A stretch of DNA of 59,413 bases, filler included, from Platydemus manokwari (GCA_037951405.1; 5 parts of 5 records of this genome joined end to end with filler, not necessarily neighbours in it); one strand, 5' to 3'; shown: positions 12,379 through 27,400, counted from the whole stretch's first letter. Numbers and translations: made by a program. The notes: generated by a model from the sequence alone, not told the origin.

Positions 12379-14727
12379 CGAGTTATGTCATAAGCACATT
12401 AAGGCATAATATTTATTTGAAAAACTACATTAATACGCCAATCAATTATTTAAACAAATACAACGTGTTTCTTTATTTAATCACGTGACAATTTTGGAAA
12501 TAAATATTAATATTAATTAATTACGAACAAAATCCTTTTGAAATCAAAATCAAGCAAGCAATAATAATTATCAAACAGTATTGTAATTTAATTTAGGTTT
12601 TATCTTTCCATTATCGTACCATACATAATGCCTACTAGTTCTAATTTGAAAAAAATTTCTCTGCTGTATAAAATTTTATTCGATATCGTAAATTTAGTAA
12701 CCATTTATAAGATAGTTTTTCATTCCTGTCAAATGCCTTTTGTTGCTATAAAAACGTTATCATTAATTATCTAAGGGAATTTGATTTAGTAAAACAAATT
12801 ATGTATCAATGATAATCACTGTTTTAACTGCTCAAAGATTTGAACCTTAAATTTATTTAAGTTTATTGGGAAAAATACGCTGACCAATGATGGATGCATA
12901 TTTGTAAAAAAAATTTAATAGATGTTTGTATTGTTACTCCGTGTTAAATCATTAAAATATATATCATGTAATCTTGTGTTTCTTTTCCTTAATTAAACTG
13001 TTCAAATCCGATAGTGCTTCTATGTTTAAAATGGATATCTGTGATAAATATCAAATGCGAACTTTATACCTTAAAGAAATTATTACGCAACAAAAGCTAT
13101 GATAAAGTCCTTGGCTTCCTTTCTAGTTAATTTCACTCCAGAAGAAAAGAAATTTGACAAGCACCTGGAATTTTGAATTATTCTTTGTTATAGTTGTCAA
13201 TGGAACCACCATTAAAGTAGTGTGTTTTTAATTTTGTTAGATCGGTCCAAAACTCTGATATTCCAGTCTGTAACGCAGATAATTTATTTTGTCTTTCCTC
13301 TTATAAGATTCAAAATGACACTAATCAATGTTCACCATTTTATACTATTTGCATCTTATTCAGTTGGGGAGACTACGATTTTGAGAACATTGAAATTGAG
13401 ACAGCTTAAACGTTTTCATTACTGTCAGCCAAGAAACAAATCAATTAATTAGTTTAAACAAATCGTTACTGTAAACATTATGTAATAATTATTATCTGAT
13501 GAAATGATTTTTATAGTTTCTGCTCGCCTTTTTCTCATCTTGACATCAATAAGAAAATTTGCAGAAAAACGAAAAGCATTTTTTTAAGTATATTATCGAA
13601 AATTTTTTTTAATTATTTTATGAAGAATCAATAATTTTCCACAACAATATTAGATATGATGTGTGTGCAAAGAGATAATAGATATTTGTTCGTCTATTGT
13701 TATTATTTTTATAATTTCTCGAGTCATTTGATAATTTTATTGTGTTTCTCTTAGACTATTGATGTCTTTTTGTTTGATTTATCGAAACACAATACATTTT
13801 AAGAATAATGATTGTCGATAACTAATTACTCTTCAGTTTTTGTTTTAATTCTAACATAGCATCTGATAATTTATTGTAAATATGTTAATGTTCGAATTTA
13901 GTGAGTTAAAAAAAGTTTAGCAAATCAAATAATGTCGATTAAGTACACACTAACGTAAATATTTAGATTTCCATCATCTAATTGGCATTGCTTTTCAAAC
14001 ATGGTTCTATCACCCACATATGTATTCAGTAATCTTCTTTTTAAATTCTTTGTGTTTGATATTCGAGAATTCGCAATTATTAACCATCTCATTTATCGTA
14101 ATGGTCTAGAAATTATACCGAAAGAGTTTAGTTTTCTTCTTCTCTAGCTTTTTGAATTTATCATCTGTAGCAAGCTCTTTCGCTTAATCAATTTTAGATC
14201 AACCTAAGATTTATTTTGAAAAATTTTCAGGTTTAAAAGAAACTATGTAATTCAAAAAATATCAGAATATACGGGTCGTGGATTATATTTTGCATATTTT
14301 ATGATGTTCCTAAAACAGATAATAAAATATGTAACAATTTGTATTTTCCTGCAAGCAGTAATCGATATATGGTATTGATTTATTAAAAAAAAATTTTCCA
14401 ATAAACTCAAAGATATCACATTACTATTTTGTTGAAATTATTCGCCATCAACACCATACATAGATTTCTCTGTAATTCTCGATATACTCGATAATCAGCA
14501 GACTTTTATTTTTATAACGAACTTTGGAATTCCTAGTCATAATAATTTGATCGATTAATTTAAATATAGAGGAGAATGAAATATGTGAAATAGATGAAAT
14601 GTGTTGTGTTCTCATTTAAAGAAATTCAATTAATAATAAAACAAAACCAATTATGTAGAAAATAAATATTTCCGGAATTACAAAATTTTAAACCAAGCAA
14701 ATACAACCAAAATATAAAAACAAAACA

Positions 14728-15083
14728 TTAATCCACTTCACTCAGATCTGCACAAAGAATGAACCAGCCTTCGAATTTTTTATTTGGATTGTCATGGACA
14801 GCTCTCCACAACTTGCCACGATCACCTTTTGCACGAAAATGAAATTTAACTACACCGATGAAATCATTTGTCGGTCCTCGATCGTAATCCCAAACGGAGA
14901 TCTCTAAAGTCTTCTCTTTTAACCATTCACGATCTAATTCTATAATAAATTCCTGAAATTTTACAAGTATAATAACATTCAATATATTTATTTCTTTATA
15001 CTTCATTGAAGTAAGGATTTAGTGTCATTTTCTTTGTTTGGGTTTTGCGTTTTGTGATTCGGATTTTGTCCGGTTTTAAATAT
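14728..15083 (-). CDS. rabphilin-3A/DOC2-family C2B domain, last two exons
   Basis: Exons 15083-15002 (YLKPDKIRITKRKTQTKKMTLNPYFNE) and 14952-14728 (EFIIELDREWLKEKTLEISVWDYDRGPTNDFIG...AKGDRGKLW...NPNKKFEGWFIL...*) joined by a 49-nt GT-AG intron. Matches recalled rabphilin C2B (LKPD...KTQIKKKTLNPEFNEEF...SLDISVWDYDIGKSNDYIG...AKGERLKHW...KKIERWH). Upstream exons were not identified. Confidence 0.88.
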
Positions 15084-18000
15084 CTTAAATATAAGGTAAT
15101 GAAAATCATCTGAAAATATATAACAGCATATATTATTGGGAAATCGTTGGTTAGGTGAATATGTCATAAACATACTGTATTCATGAGAATACCATCATTG
15201 GGATCAAAATGAAAACCGACTCCTAAAGTGGAGTGTGTGTCATCCAGTATGTTAAGCTTGATATAACTCAGTTCTTAACACGCATTCATCCTATAATCCA
15301 ACTTCGTATCTATTATAGCTTCTTCCAAAGTTAATATATTACGCAACTTTCACTTAAACTCGATCAGGATTAAACATCTCACACAAAATTTAATCAAAAT
15401 TAGAATATCACAAATTATGAATTCGTTTCAATGGAAACTTGAACGGTTACAATGATATCTTTCGATTCAATATACAATATTTACTATCACGATGAACTTA
15501 TTATATTAATAACGAATATAATTCTTATCTTATTGTAATTTTACTTGTAATGACAAGGAAAGCTGCTTGACCATACATTAACTGTTGAATTTCACTTATA
15601 ATTTGTGCTTACTCGAGATTTTTCACCAAAGTTTTAATTTTTGAATTATACTAAAAATATTAGCATTAAGCTATGGATATCTCTAAAACTACATCGAATA
15701 TCTTGTCCTTAAATAATTTTTCTCTAAAAATAATATTTTCATATTATTTTATTTCAAACTGTTATTAATTTGTTGTTTATAATATTTAAACATTTTGAGA
15801 AATTTTTATTTTTAATATTCTTATTGAATTTATCGCATTTGAAGAAAAATGAACATCATTACCTATCTGTTTATAGTTTTCCTATTTCAAGTTCATTTGG
15901 TTATATATAATGAGACTTTTAAAAGTTCTTACAAATTTAAGGCACTAATGAAATGTTACATAAAGGTTGAATAAAAATAAGGTCAGTTATATTGTATACA
16001 CTTTAATTATGAATGTATCGAAACATATTAATTGAATAATATTATTCAATTTTTTATCATCATCTCTATTTTGAAGAACTTTAATTTTAAACTTGTAATC
16101 CAGATTTTAATCTCGTGTTACATAAGTAGAATACTGATAACATTTTATCTATATTTCTGTTAGATAAATCATCAGAATTTCATTTTTAGATTATAATAGA
16201 GATTTTTGAAATTAATCACTGTAAGTCATCTTTATTAATCTTAGGATTGAATCAAGATAAATTTGGTGGTATCCCAAGTTCATTAAATCGAATCCATTAA
16301 AATTTTAATTATTCAATACAGTTGCTAATGCACAGATTTAATTTAAGCTTAATTTGGAAAAGTTCTTAAATGAACTTTTCAAAGTTAAATTTTTTATGAA
16401 AAGTATTTTTATATAAAATTTATTAAGCTGTAATCAACAAAATAATTTTTAAATTTCAAAATAAATTAAATCACATTTCAAAAGTGATTTTTAATATAAT
16501 TTTTAACATTCAATTTTAAGGAGTGACTTCAAATTAAGATATAATTAAATAAATATTTATATTTATAGTATTAAATTAAATTTCTATAACTTATGCCAAC
16601 ATTACCTTGATTATATTTATCATTTTAAATTAATTATGTTATTTAATTTTCAGCTTTAAATTGAATAAATACATAATGAGACTTCAAAACCTATTTATAC
16701 ATGTCATGTTTTAGTGATTATTCTAGAGATAAAACAAAATAAATAACATAATATATAATTAAATAAAATTTATACTTATTCTTCCATATACTTATTTATT
16801 GTCACATTTCACAGGAAATATATTTTATGGCATCAAAAATGGATCAGACATATTTTATTGATTTCGTTCAAGATTTTGTCATCGATTTTTAACAATTTCT
16901 GTGAAAATTCATAAAATAATTTTTATTCATGTAAATTTGACAGAGAAAAACATAGAAACGGCACGAATTGAAATATGATTTACTTTTCATTTATTCATCA
17001 AAGATTGATTTTCTATTTGCCTTCTGTCATCAATCGAATTTACTTGCTTCGTTACAAAAATAAAACAGAACTGTTTTTCTTCAAGGAAATATTTAACAGG
17101 AAATTATGTTTGACAGTAAATTTTGATAACAAAAGATCTTTGGAATTTTGGAAAAATCAAAACAACTTTTGAAAACTTGGTATGAATTGATAATGGAGCC
17201 AGCCGATTTTTGAAATTTTAATGAATTAGCTGAGCTATATATTTGGTATGATTTGAAAAATTAAAAATGTATCTGAATTAAGTGATGCTTGATGGATTAT
17301 ATTATTGGTGTTCCTAGAATGATCCACATGTAATGTTGTGGAATTTAGATTGGAACATTAAATCAAAATGTTAATGGAATCATTTGATTTGATTATTTGA
17401 TACAAATAGGTTGTGAGAAACAGCTATCCTCTTCAGTCCTGTTTGGAAAGAGTTGCCATGTAGAATAGGTCTCAACAAAACCAAACCAAACTATTATTAG
17501 AAACCATGACACGCATAGAAAATACCATCCCACACTTCTGTGGTCAATTAATCATGTAATATTTTTAAAAATAACTACATCCTCTTTAAAACAACAAAAA
17601 TGAGCTTCAATAACAATGCAATCCCACTGCAATTAACTCACCATATTGCGTAATTATAGATTTAAATAATATCACAGCGTATATATGAAAAGCCGTAGAT
17701 CACTGATAAAAGGCATCGAAATATGTTTAGAGGTCTCTTTTTGCTGGCTAATGTGGATTAATTATTATTTCGTTATTAGGTTAAATTTATTGTTATAAAT
17801 AAAATAAAAAATGTCATAAACATTTGTTCCTGCATTGATCACCCTTAAGTATTAAGTGGATTAAATCAATAACATTGTGTATGTTTTATACTTATTATAC
17901 TTATCAATGTAGTCATGTAGTTGTTACTACAAATCGTCATTGATAGAGACAACACCCCACTAGTTACATACCCAGCATCCGTAACAAGAAACAAATAATG

Positions 18001-21000
18001 AACGTTTTCTTTCTGGTGTTTTTATTGAATTTATAGCTAATGAATTTCAATGGCTGAGGTATCTTGGAGTGCATGAATAAAACAGCAGTTTATTCAATGA
18101 TTAAATAGATTATTTGAAACACCTGATTAAAGAAAATAAAATTTATAAGCAGTTAAAATCTCATGAAATTGATAAAAATCTGTAAATGTTTCTAAATTTT
18201 TATAAGCCAAATATATGAATTAAAATAATATTTTATAAACTTATGAAGCATTATTAATTGATAAAGATATTCGAACCAATTGTTTTTAAAAGTTGATTTA
18301 TTAAATTAAAATTATTGGCATTTTAAAATAATAATTTAATTTATTATTTTTAATTTAAATTGTCATTATCAGACAATTTTAAGTGATAATTTTTGAGATT
18401 AATGGAAAGAATATATTGATAATCTGTCATTTGCATGTCGAAATAAGCTGGTTACCGATTTAAGGTCGGATATTGCCTATATAATTAAATAAAATTCAAA
18501 GAGAATGTTGTATCAATTTATTATAATAACTATACTTACAGAGATACTTAATTTTGAATATATTTGGTATTTTTATTATGTTGCTCTCAATATATTTTCA
18601 ATGTATCATTTTGGCTTATTCATTTCTTTCAGTCCGATACAATTTTAGCCGTTAAATTTCTCAAAAAATTTTCATAAAAATTGTCACATTTAATTAATGA
18701 TAAAAAGCTCACCAGAAAAATTGGTTATCGAATAGATTAATAAAAATATTGGACATTTTTTTGAAAATCGGTTGTCTTCTTTGTTCAACTGAACTCTAAA
18801 TCACTTTATAAAATGTCACAAACATACTCAACAAAATATATTACGTACGATTACGTAAAGACTCTGATATGAGAGAATCGTGCAAAAAACTTCTTTTCTA
18901 ACTTATATTCAATTGATGGAATGGTATTTTTGAACAAGAATTTTGCTCGATAAAATTATTTTAATTAATAATAAACATTGCAGATAATAAAAAAAATATG
19001 ATTTGATATAGCAAAAACTGATTCTATTAAATGTGATAAAGGAAATAGGCATTAATCAAATACATTTCCCTCCTTGTTACAACGGTTGCCAAATGTCGTG
19101 ATTTTCTTTTATAATGTTTTAATTAATCATTTATAATAATAAATATAAATAATTATAATAAACAAAAATTTTAATAATAATAAANNNNNNNNNNNNNNNN
19201 NNNNNNNNNNNNNNNNNNNNNNNNNNNNNNNNNNNNNNNNNNNNNNNNNNNNNNNNNNNNNNNNNNNNNNNNNNNNNNNNNNNNNNNNNNNNNNNNNNNN
19301 NNNNNNNNNNNNNNNNNNNNNNNNNNNNNNNNNNNNNNNNNNNNNNNNNNNNNNNNNNNNNNNNNNNNNNNNNNNNNNNNNNNNNNNNNNNNNNNTCATC
19401 TAATAATAATTATAAAATTATTAATATAATTTTAATATAAACAATAATAGTAATAATAATAAATGATTTCTTATTCTAATAAGTTGATTTCAAAACCTCC
19501 CTTTCGAAATTCCCATGTTTAATATGAAATAATCCGTTTAGATTTTATTAAATATAACTGATTTTAATTAATTGACACGTGTTAATCTGTATTTTATTAA
19601 TATTAAATTTATTTTGATTTCACGAAAAATAATATTTCAACTGAGATATTTTATGTTTAAATAAATCTGAACAATCTCATTTGAAAACAAAAAGAAATAT
19701 AAAAATGCAGAACAAGTATTGAGAATATTTGTCAAGTGATGATAGTTTTCGATTTTGTTTTAATCAAGTTTATTTCCCTTTTAGTAATTTTTTAATTTCA
19801 TTTCCAATGTTGAAGTTGATTAAGATTTGAATAAATTATGTTTTCACAATCAACTATCTGTTTGATTTTGTTGATATTGATAAATGCAAATAAATATATA
19901 AAATTATTTTTTTTAATTTTCGAGATAATAATAAATATTACTAATAATAATAACAATAAAATAATAACAATAATAATGAAAAAAAATCTACACATCCACA
20001 CACGTCGTTGGATATTTACAGAGTTACACAGTATTTCACACAGAGCTGGCATCGAAGATATTCAATGAAGTTAAGTTGAAATTTGAAGTGTTCTCTGGCA
20101 AACTGTGAATATATTTTCAATGTTTCTATTTACCACTTAATATTTTAATAATATATTATTAAATTGATTGTTCATTTAGGAGATATGTTTTGTAGGGGTA
20201 ATATTTTTCAACATCACAAACGACTGATTTGACATTGTGCCTGACACATCAATGATGACTGCTTTTGTAGTCAAGATAATTCTAGATTTAATCAGGAAGC
20301 CAGATTACGAAGGTTTGACGGTGTTTGAGATTGCATGGATTTTAAATTTTCATTGTGTCATGATCTTCCAAGCATTGATCAAAGCACTGTTTATCTATAT
20401 CAAGTCATTTTTAATTATAAGCAATTTAATTATTAATAATGAATTTAAGTTTTGGAAATGTTTTGAAAATTGTTAGTCAAGTCGCTAAGAAATTAAGTCT
20501 AAACGGAGTATCTCTGATTACAAGAAATGTGTAATATCATAAAAAACAAAATTGCACCCATTGGTTTGTTTTGCGATAGCTTGTTGCATTACTATTGACA
20601 ACAGTGACATCAGAAAATGTGATGAGAGTATAGATATTAATCATAGTCATGAGCAGAATTATAATTATTCTTCTCAGACAATATTCTATCAGATTTTTTA
20701 CCTTCATACAGCTTGAGGGTGGTATTTTATTATATCTTATTAATAATAAAATTATTAAATCATTATGATTACTTTCATAATATTATTTTAACATCATTAT
20801 TTTTATTGATAAATTTATCTGTTTGTGTATAGCTTAATAGAAAAAATTTAAAAAAACGAAAAGCGACAATCCTTGTCATAGTTATTTAAGAGCCAGTAAC
20901 ACACATAGAATAACAGAAATCAACAAAAATATATCAGAGTATTTCTTTATAACAACGCCAAAATCACATTTATGGTAAAATATAAACTAAAGCTCAAATT

Positions 21001-21128
21001 GTAATTAGTTTTACCAGAATTCTTAATTCTGTTTCCAATTAAATTCAAATGTTTTGACCTCAATCAGTGGTTGAGCATTTATTATGATTTCTAAGAATGT
21101 GGCAGTTATATCGTATCTATGGTATCGA

Positions 21129-21129
<1 letters not shown>

Positions 21130-21198
<69 letters not shown>
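21130..21198. repeat. (TAT)n microsatellite at contig end
   Basis: Perfect run ending at a gap. Confidence 0.95.
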
Positions 21199-21298
21199 NN
21201 NNNNNNNNNNNNNNNNNNNNNNNNNNNNNNNNNNNNNNNNNNTTAATTAATTAANNNNNNNNNNNNNNNNNNNNNNNNNNNNNNNNNNNNNNNNNNNN
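21199..21298. other. artificial assembly spacer
   Basis: Same 44+12+44 structure. Confidence 0.95.
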
Positions 21299-21475
21299 TT
21301 TTATTCAAAATGTAAGATCAATTTTATATATATATTTGGAGAATTGATTTTTAATAATTCTTTGTCTTCTATTTTTATTTTGAGTTTCTTATAAAAATGA
21401 TTGTTAAATGTCATAATAAAATTATTTCAACATATATGATGTTATCTGTAACTAAATTAAATTTTCAGAGGTTTT

Positions 21476-24400
21476 ATGAATTATCCAGATAATATTGATT
21501 TACCAGATAGTGGTGGCTTAACTAATGGTGAGAATTATAGTGGGAGCACTAGTTCAGCATACGATGAAGTTAGTCCAAATACACACAATAGTACGACTGG
21601 TAGCAATGATAGTAATTACGAAAAAAATAACCAGTCGACTAACTCATCAAAAAAATCAAAAAACTCTCTTTTATCCCAAGAAGACAATCAGAACTTAACT
21701 GTGGAAGTTTTGGAAAAGACTTTAACGTAAACATTGTTAAACATTGAAAAGATTTGTTGAAGAATTATTCATGTCTTGCAGAGAGGATAAATCATCCAAA
21801 ATTCGAGACATTGTTGCATTGATAACGAATTTGTCCGACACAGAAAAAATGCTTTTACAATTGAAATTCCCCTTGTCCGACAATGACAGTATTGGTTATG
21901 AATCGAATAATTTGGATTTGAATTCCAATTTTGATATCAATGGCAATTGTTCCCAAAACGAACATACGGTCGCTCTGACATGGGTGGTGTCGCATTTGGA
22001 AGAAAACAAATCGACCTGCCTTCAAAAACAAGAGGTTTATGATTCTTACAAGTAAAGGTTTTTTCTTTCTTTCTTCGAATGTCAGAGAAAAATTATTAAT
22101 TTATGTGGTTTTTTTTTCATTGATAAATAAATATTTGTGTTTATTCACTTTCCATGAACAATTTCAAGCTGGTTGATAATTATAATTTTTTGATTATATA
22201 TTATTGATTATAGATTATATTTAGCTGATCAATTATAATTTATTGATTATATATTATTTAAAAATTATGTTTTTTGATTATTTTTTTATTAATTATGTCG
22301 AATTTTTGTATTTGGAATTCTATTATTTAATGATGCTCAAATTCATCAAACAGAATCACATCGATTGCGTAATCATTATTTACACTAACCACAGAAATTA
22401 CGCCATTTCGCACATAACGTAAATATTAAAACATGATTTTTGTCGGGTTTTTTTTAGACAAAAAATGCTAACCATTGTTTTGATTGATTTTTGAATTGTT
22501 TTTTTCTATTTTTTATCAGAACGTATTGCACCAATCACAAATTCAAATGTTTGAGTACTGCCGATTTCGGTAAAGTGATGAAGAGAGCGTTTCCAAAAAT
22601 CAAAGCCCGTCGATTGGGTGCCCGGGGACAGTCGAGGTTTGATTGAATTTTGAATGGACAAAAATCCCCAACGATAAATTTCATTCTCGTTCCCTCCCAT
22701 TAGATATTGCTATTCGGGATTGAGAAATCGACACGAGGTCCAATCGCCGATGTTGATCGATGTCGGTGCGAATCTGGAAGGCAATGATAACGGGAACGAT
22801 TATCGGAAACGAGACAACAATACCAATAGCGAAGTCGAATCGTATTCATCGTCATCGGTCCAGACGGATTTGTCCCAAGTGCCGGAATTCGAACTCGGTC
22901 CAAATATCATTGTCGATTCAGCGTTGGTCATTATTGAATTCATCAAAAAAGTTGCACCGAACAAAAACATCACCAGTCTCAAACAAGCCGTCCGTCAATT
23001 GTTGATCAACAATCACGTCGAAACGCGTTCACCGCATGCGTTGCGATTGTTGTCGATATTTCAACAGATGGATGCACAAAAACCGCCCATTTATCCCAAT
23101 AAAAAGTGTAAGTTTGTTATTGGAATCGATAATTTCTTGTATTGTTTTTCATATATTTTGATCCCAACACCTTGCTGTTCAAATAACCTTAATAACCTCT
23201 TTGATAACTGTTACGCAATGAGGTCTCCTAGATTATTATTTCATGTTTTGGCGATCAAATTGTTGGGAAATTGATTCAATATTTGATTTAATATTATTAT
23301 AATTTTATTATTTACTCGAAACCCCTCAAGATAGAACCTGCTTCATTAATAACGGTTTGGTCGAATAACACCTGACTACCTGTTGGGGGGGGCATTTATT
23401 TACTCTTTAATTACGTTATTTATTTATTTTGATTATAAATTTTGTTAATTAAATTAAAATGAGTATATTATCGAAATTTGTTGTATAAATATTATTTATA
23501 GAATTGTTGTTAACAAGGCTAATTATCGGGGGGGGCACCTTCTCTAATGTTTGGCCAAGCTCACTCAAGAAGATAGAAATGAATAAAATATTACTTATAA
23601 TTATTAATTTATAATAAAATATGAGATTATTAAAATAAAAAGAAAAAAATAACCGGTGGTGTGATGAATATGAAAATATGAGGATGGAATTGTTGTGAAA
23701 TATTGTGGAGAAATTGATAGTGATGTGAGAACATAGATGATTGTAAAACAAAATATAATATAATATAAAAAGAAAAACAAACGAATACGATATTTCTCCT
23801 CTTAGCCGCCACTTTTGGGGAATTGGAAAAATGCGGCGTTTAAGAGGAGTTTTTGATAAGAAAAATAATAAAGAACAATCAAATGAACCTTTTATTTGTT
23901 TTTCATTGGGAAAAATGTGGCAGTTAAGTTAATAGGTCAATAATATTAAATTTATTTAATGGATCACTAAATATATTTCTATATTATTTTAAAGTCAAAA
24001 TTCTTGCAACAATTCCTCTGTTTTTTGCAACATTTTTCCACAATGAAGATTTGACGAGCATTGGTACATGTGGTTAAATTTCCCAATTAAGTCATTAACA
24101 TTTTTTGGGCAGTTTTCATTGTAATGAATATGTTGAAAAAAATGTGCTTTTTTGTCATTCCAATAAAGGAATTAGCATGAATAATTGAAAAATAATTCCC
24201 AATTTTTTGTAAGAAATTTAACAGGAAATGCTATTTTTAAATATTTGAAATTTCTTACCCTTTTGTTTTGGTAATTTATTTAAACCATTAGCAGCGAGTT
24301 ATTCGCCTGATTTATGAGAAATTTGTAACAATAAATATATTATATAAATTATCGATATTTTATGAAGAAACAAATTAACTAACTCATCAGTATACTTGTG

Positions 24401-27400
24401 AGAGTACTTAAGGAAACTTGTTTATTATTTTTTTATCAATATTTATCGACGTTATTGATCGGGGAATTTTTTTTATGATACAGCATCCAATGAGCAAGTT
24501 ATCAATCAAATCAAAAAAGAAGAAACTATTTCCAGCCCATGCAGTAAGTCGAACCAGGTTTCAAAGAACTATCATGCTGGATTTAATGATTTTGTGCTAG
24601 GTGCTACACCGCAACGCTCATCAACTGCCAGTCCACAAAATCAAAAACGTCGCAACACTTTTTCGTCTCCGACTCCGAATAAAGTGCAAATATTTTACGA
24701 TTATTCCAAACTCCAATCACAAAATTCACCTATTCCCATTCCACAAAACTGCACCATATCCCGACCAAATACCAATTTCACTCCACATTTTTATAATTCC
24801 GCTTTACCACCAAATCATTTCTCCATGTCACACAATGTCAACATTCCATTAAATAATTTACGAAATGAAATCCCATCAGCTTCGCTTCTTGCACCTCCAC
24901 AAAAATCATTTCTACCCACCACATATTCAACGCCAGTCAAAAACTCCCAAATCGTAGGTTTTATTTTGCTTTGTTAATATTTAATAATTTGTTGATAGTA
25001 TTTTCTGTAATAATAATGATAATAATAATATCATAATAATAATAAAGATGATAATATCAATAATAATAATGATAATAATATCAATTATGATAATAATAAT
25101 AATAACAATAATATCAATAATAATAATATCAATTATGATAATAATATCAATAATAATAAAGATGACAATATCAATAATAATAATGATAAAAATAATAATT
25201 TCGGTTTAATTTTATTGTTCATGATAAGAAGACCTATTTCGAAATGATAATACAGTCTAATCTTTCGTATTGTAATGCTTGTAATGAATATACATTGAAT
25301 ATGAACTTTATGATCTCAGAACTTATTTAGGGTTCATTTTAATATTAATTAAAGCCTGATTTTACAAATTCCTCATTATATAATCTTGTTTTATTATTAT
25401 TCCATTTCGATAAATCGAACTAATGTACCCCTTTATCTTTAAACCATTATTTGATCTAGTATTTATAATGCAAGATGATATATTTTTTTCAATATATTAT
25501 TATGTAATATATGTGTTTATGGATTATTATGTGGTTTTGCTCATGATTTTATTTGTTTTCTTTTATATATTATCCAATACTCATTCTTATATATTGTTCT
25601 GATTAAGTCAAGTCAAATATCTATCCTATTATGATCATTTGATTACGATTAAATGAATTTTTTATATCATTTTTATTATATTTAGTTTTGTTTATTACAT
25701 TCCATTATTCGCCTTGATTTCCGATTAATGTTTTATTATTTGATATGCTGCCATCGAAATGAATTGGTAATTATCACTCACACATTTATCTTATCAGATA
25801 CCACAACTCGAAAGTGATCTACTCGACAGAAACCCTTTGACGAAAAAAAAGCTCGAACTGCCGAATTCTAAAGTTTTATATCACAACAGTTCGGTCAATT
25901 ATTCCACTGGGCCAGAACGTTCCATAAATATTGAAAGGAATTTAAAGAATTCATTTTATGATTCCACTGCTAGATATAATTATCCCACCAATTTATATGA
26001 TCCTGCATCATTGCGCTTGGTATATATACATATATGTTATGTTTAAACCAGGCTTTTATAATGATTTGATTTGTATTTGTAGCCGTCAGCAATAGGAATG
26101 TGTCAAACTGATGATTATCGTCACCAAGAAGTCAGTAGTCCCATTGGGATGAATGAGTGAGATCGATTTATAATAATTATACATGCTTTCATATTTCTTG
26201 ACGTTCAGGAGGTATCATCACGATCCAATGGAGGATGAATATCAAGAAATGGAAAAGATCGACGTAATAATTTTTTTCATAATGCTAATAATAATTATAT
26301 AATTTTTATTACTATATTTTTTTTTGAATCAAACAATATATATCATTTTTTTTATTAATATAGACGATTAACTTTACCAATATGTATTTTATTGCTATGT
26401 CCTTAATATTTTTTTAGAAGTTTTAAGTCGTTATTTAGAGTTTCTTCATCAATATTATATTGTTCCAGTGACCGTGCACTGATGCTTAACCAAATTATAA
26501 ATATCTTCTCTCATTTTTCTTTCACAGAATATAAACGGGTATCACGTGACACCACATTTACACAGTAATCTTAATTTTGCCTTTATATTACTGTGTTCTT
26601 GCACAGGCATTATCCAGAAACGTTATTATTTTTTACTTATTTTTAATGAATATATATAATTCATAATTTCTGTAGAATTATAATTAAAATAATTTTTTTC
26701 TTATAGTATAATGATTATTTTCTTATTTAATATTAATTATTTGATAAATGCTGGTTTTGAATTGCTTCAGAAATTTTATTTTTAATTCTATTAGTGACAC
26801 CAAATAAATGTGTTTTATTGTGTTCTTTCAACCATGAACTTCTAAATTTCCATTTCACATTTTTGGCTTCGTTATTGATAAATAAATACTTTATTAGCGA
26901 AATAATAACAAACAACTTGATACACTTCAGATTAATTTTTACGCTTCGATATTTGATATTTTGATGCTTGTTGAATTTAAAGATTGGTTTAATAATAGCG
27001 TACTGAACATTTGAATGCTTCAAATTATTCACCAATGATGAATAATAAGGATAATAATAATACTCAATTCAATTTATTGATTGATAATCAGGAAATTTCT
27101 GTTGAGCAGTGCACCTTGTTTACCTAAACTATTCGTCATGTGTTGTACATATTTATTTGTTGAATCCTATTTCAAAAACCACGTGAGAAATATCTAATGC
27201 TGAATTTCATTTTTTTTCAACAAACATGGTATTATCACCAATTGACCTTGTTCTTATCACTTCCACCCATCTAATGAATCAATTTACGATAGAACCATTA
27301 CTGACTATGTGGATTTATTCATCGACAACAATTTTTTTTTACATTTCATTTTGTATTATTGTGTTGTATAGCTATTTCATTGTACCATCGATATTGTACA

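Noticed and set aside
15084-15260. Open frame GVGFHFDPNDGILMNT as a possible upstream C2B exon
   Set aside because: Lacks the expected MD.NG.SDP.VK motif, and its phase does not fit the next exon.
16030-16051. Perfect 22-bp palindrome AATTGAATAATATTATTCAATT (also a short inverted repeat at 47093-47120)
   Set aside because: Almost entirely A/T; expected by chance at this composition.
19798-20476. Hydrophobic or low-complexity ORFs (also 23449-23812, 27226-27480, 49585-50073, 52574-52759)
   Set aside because: Produced by AAT/TAT-rich sequence; no family motifs or convincing splice context.
22506-23005. Overlapping antisense and alternative-frame ORFs
   Set aside because: Shadows of the relatively GC-rich RFX exons.
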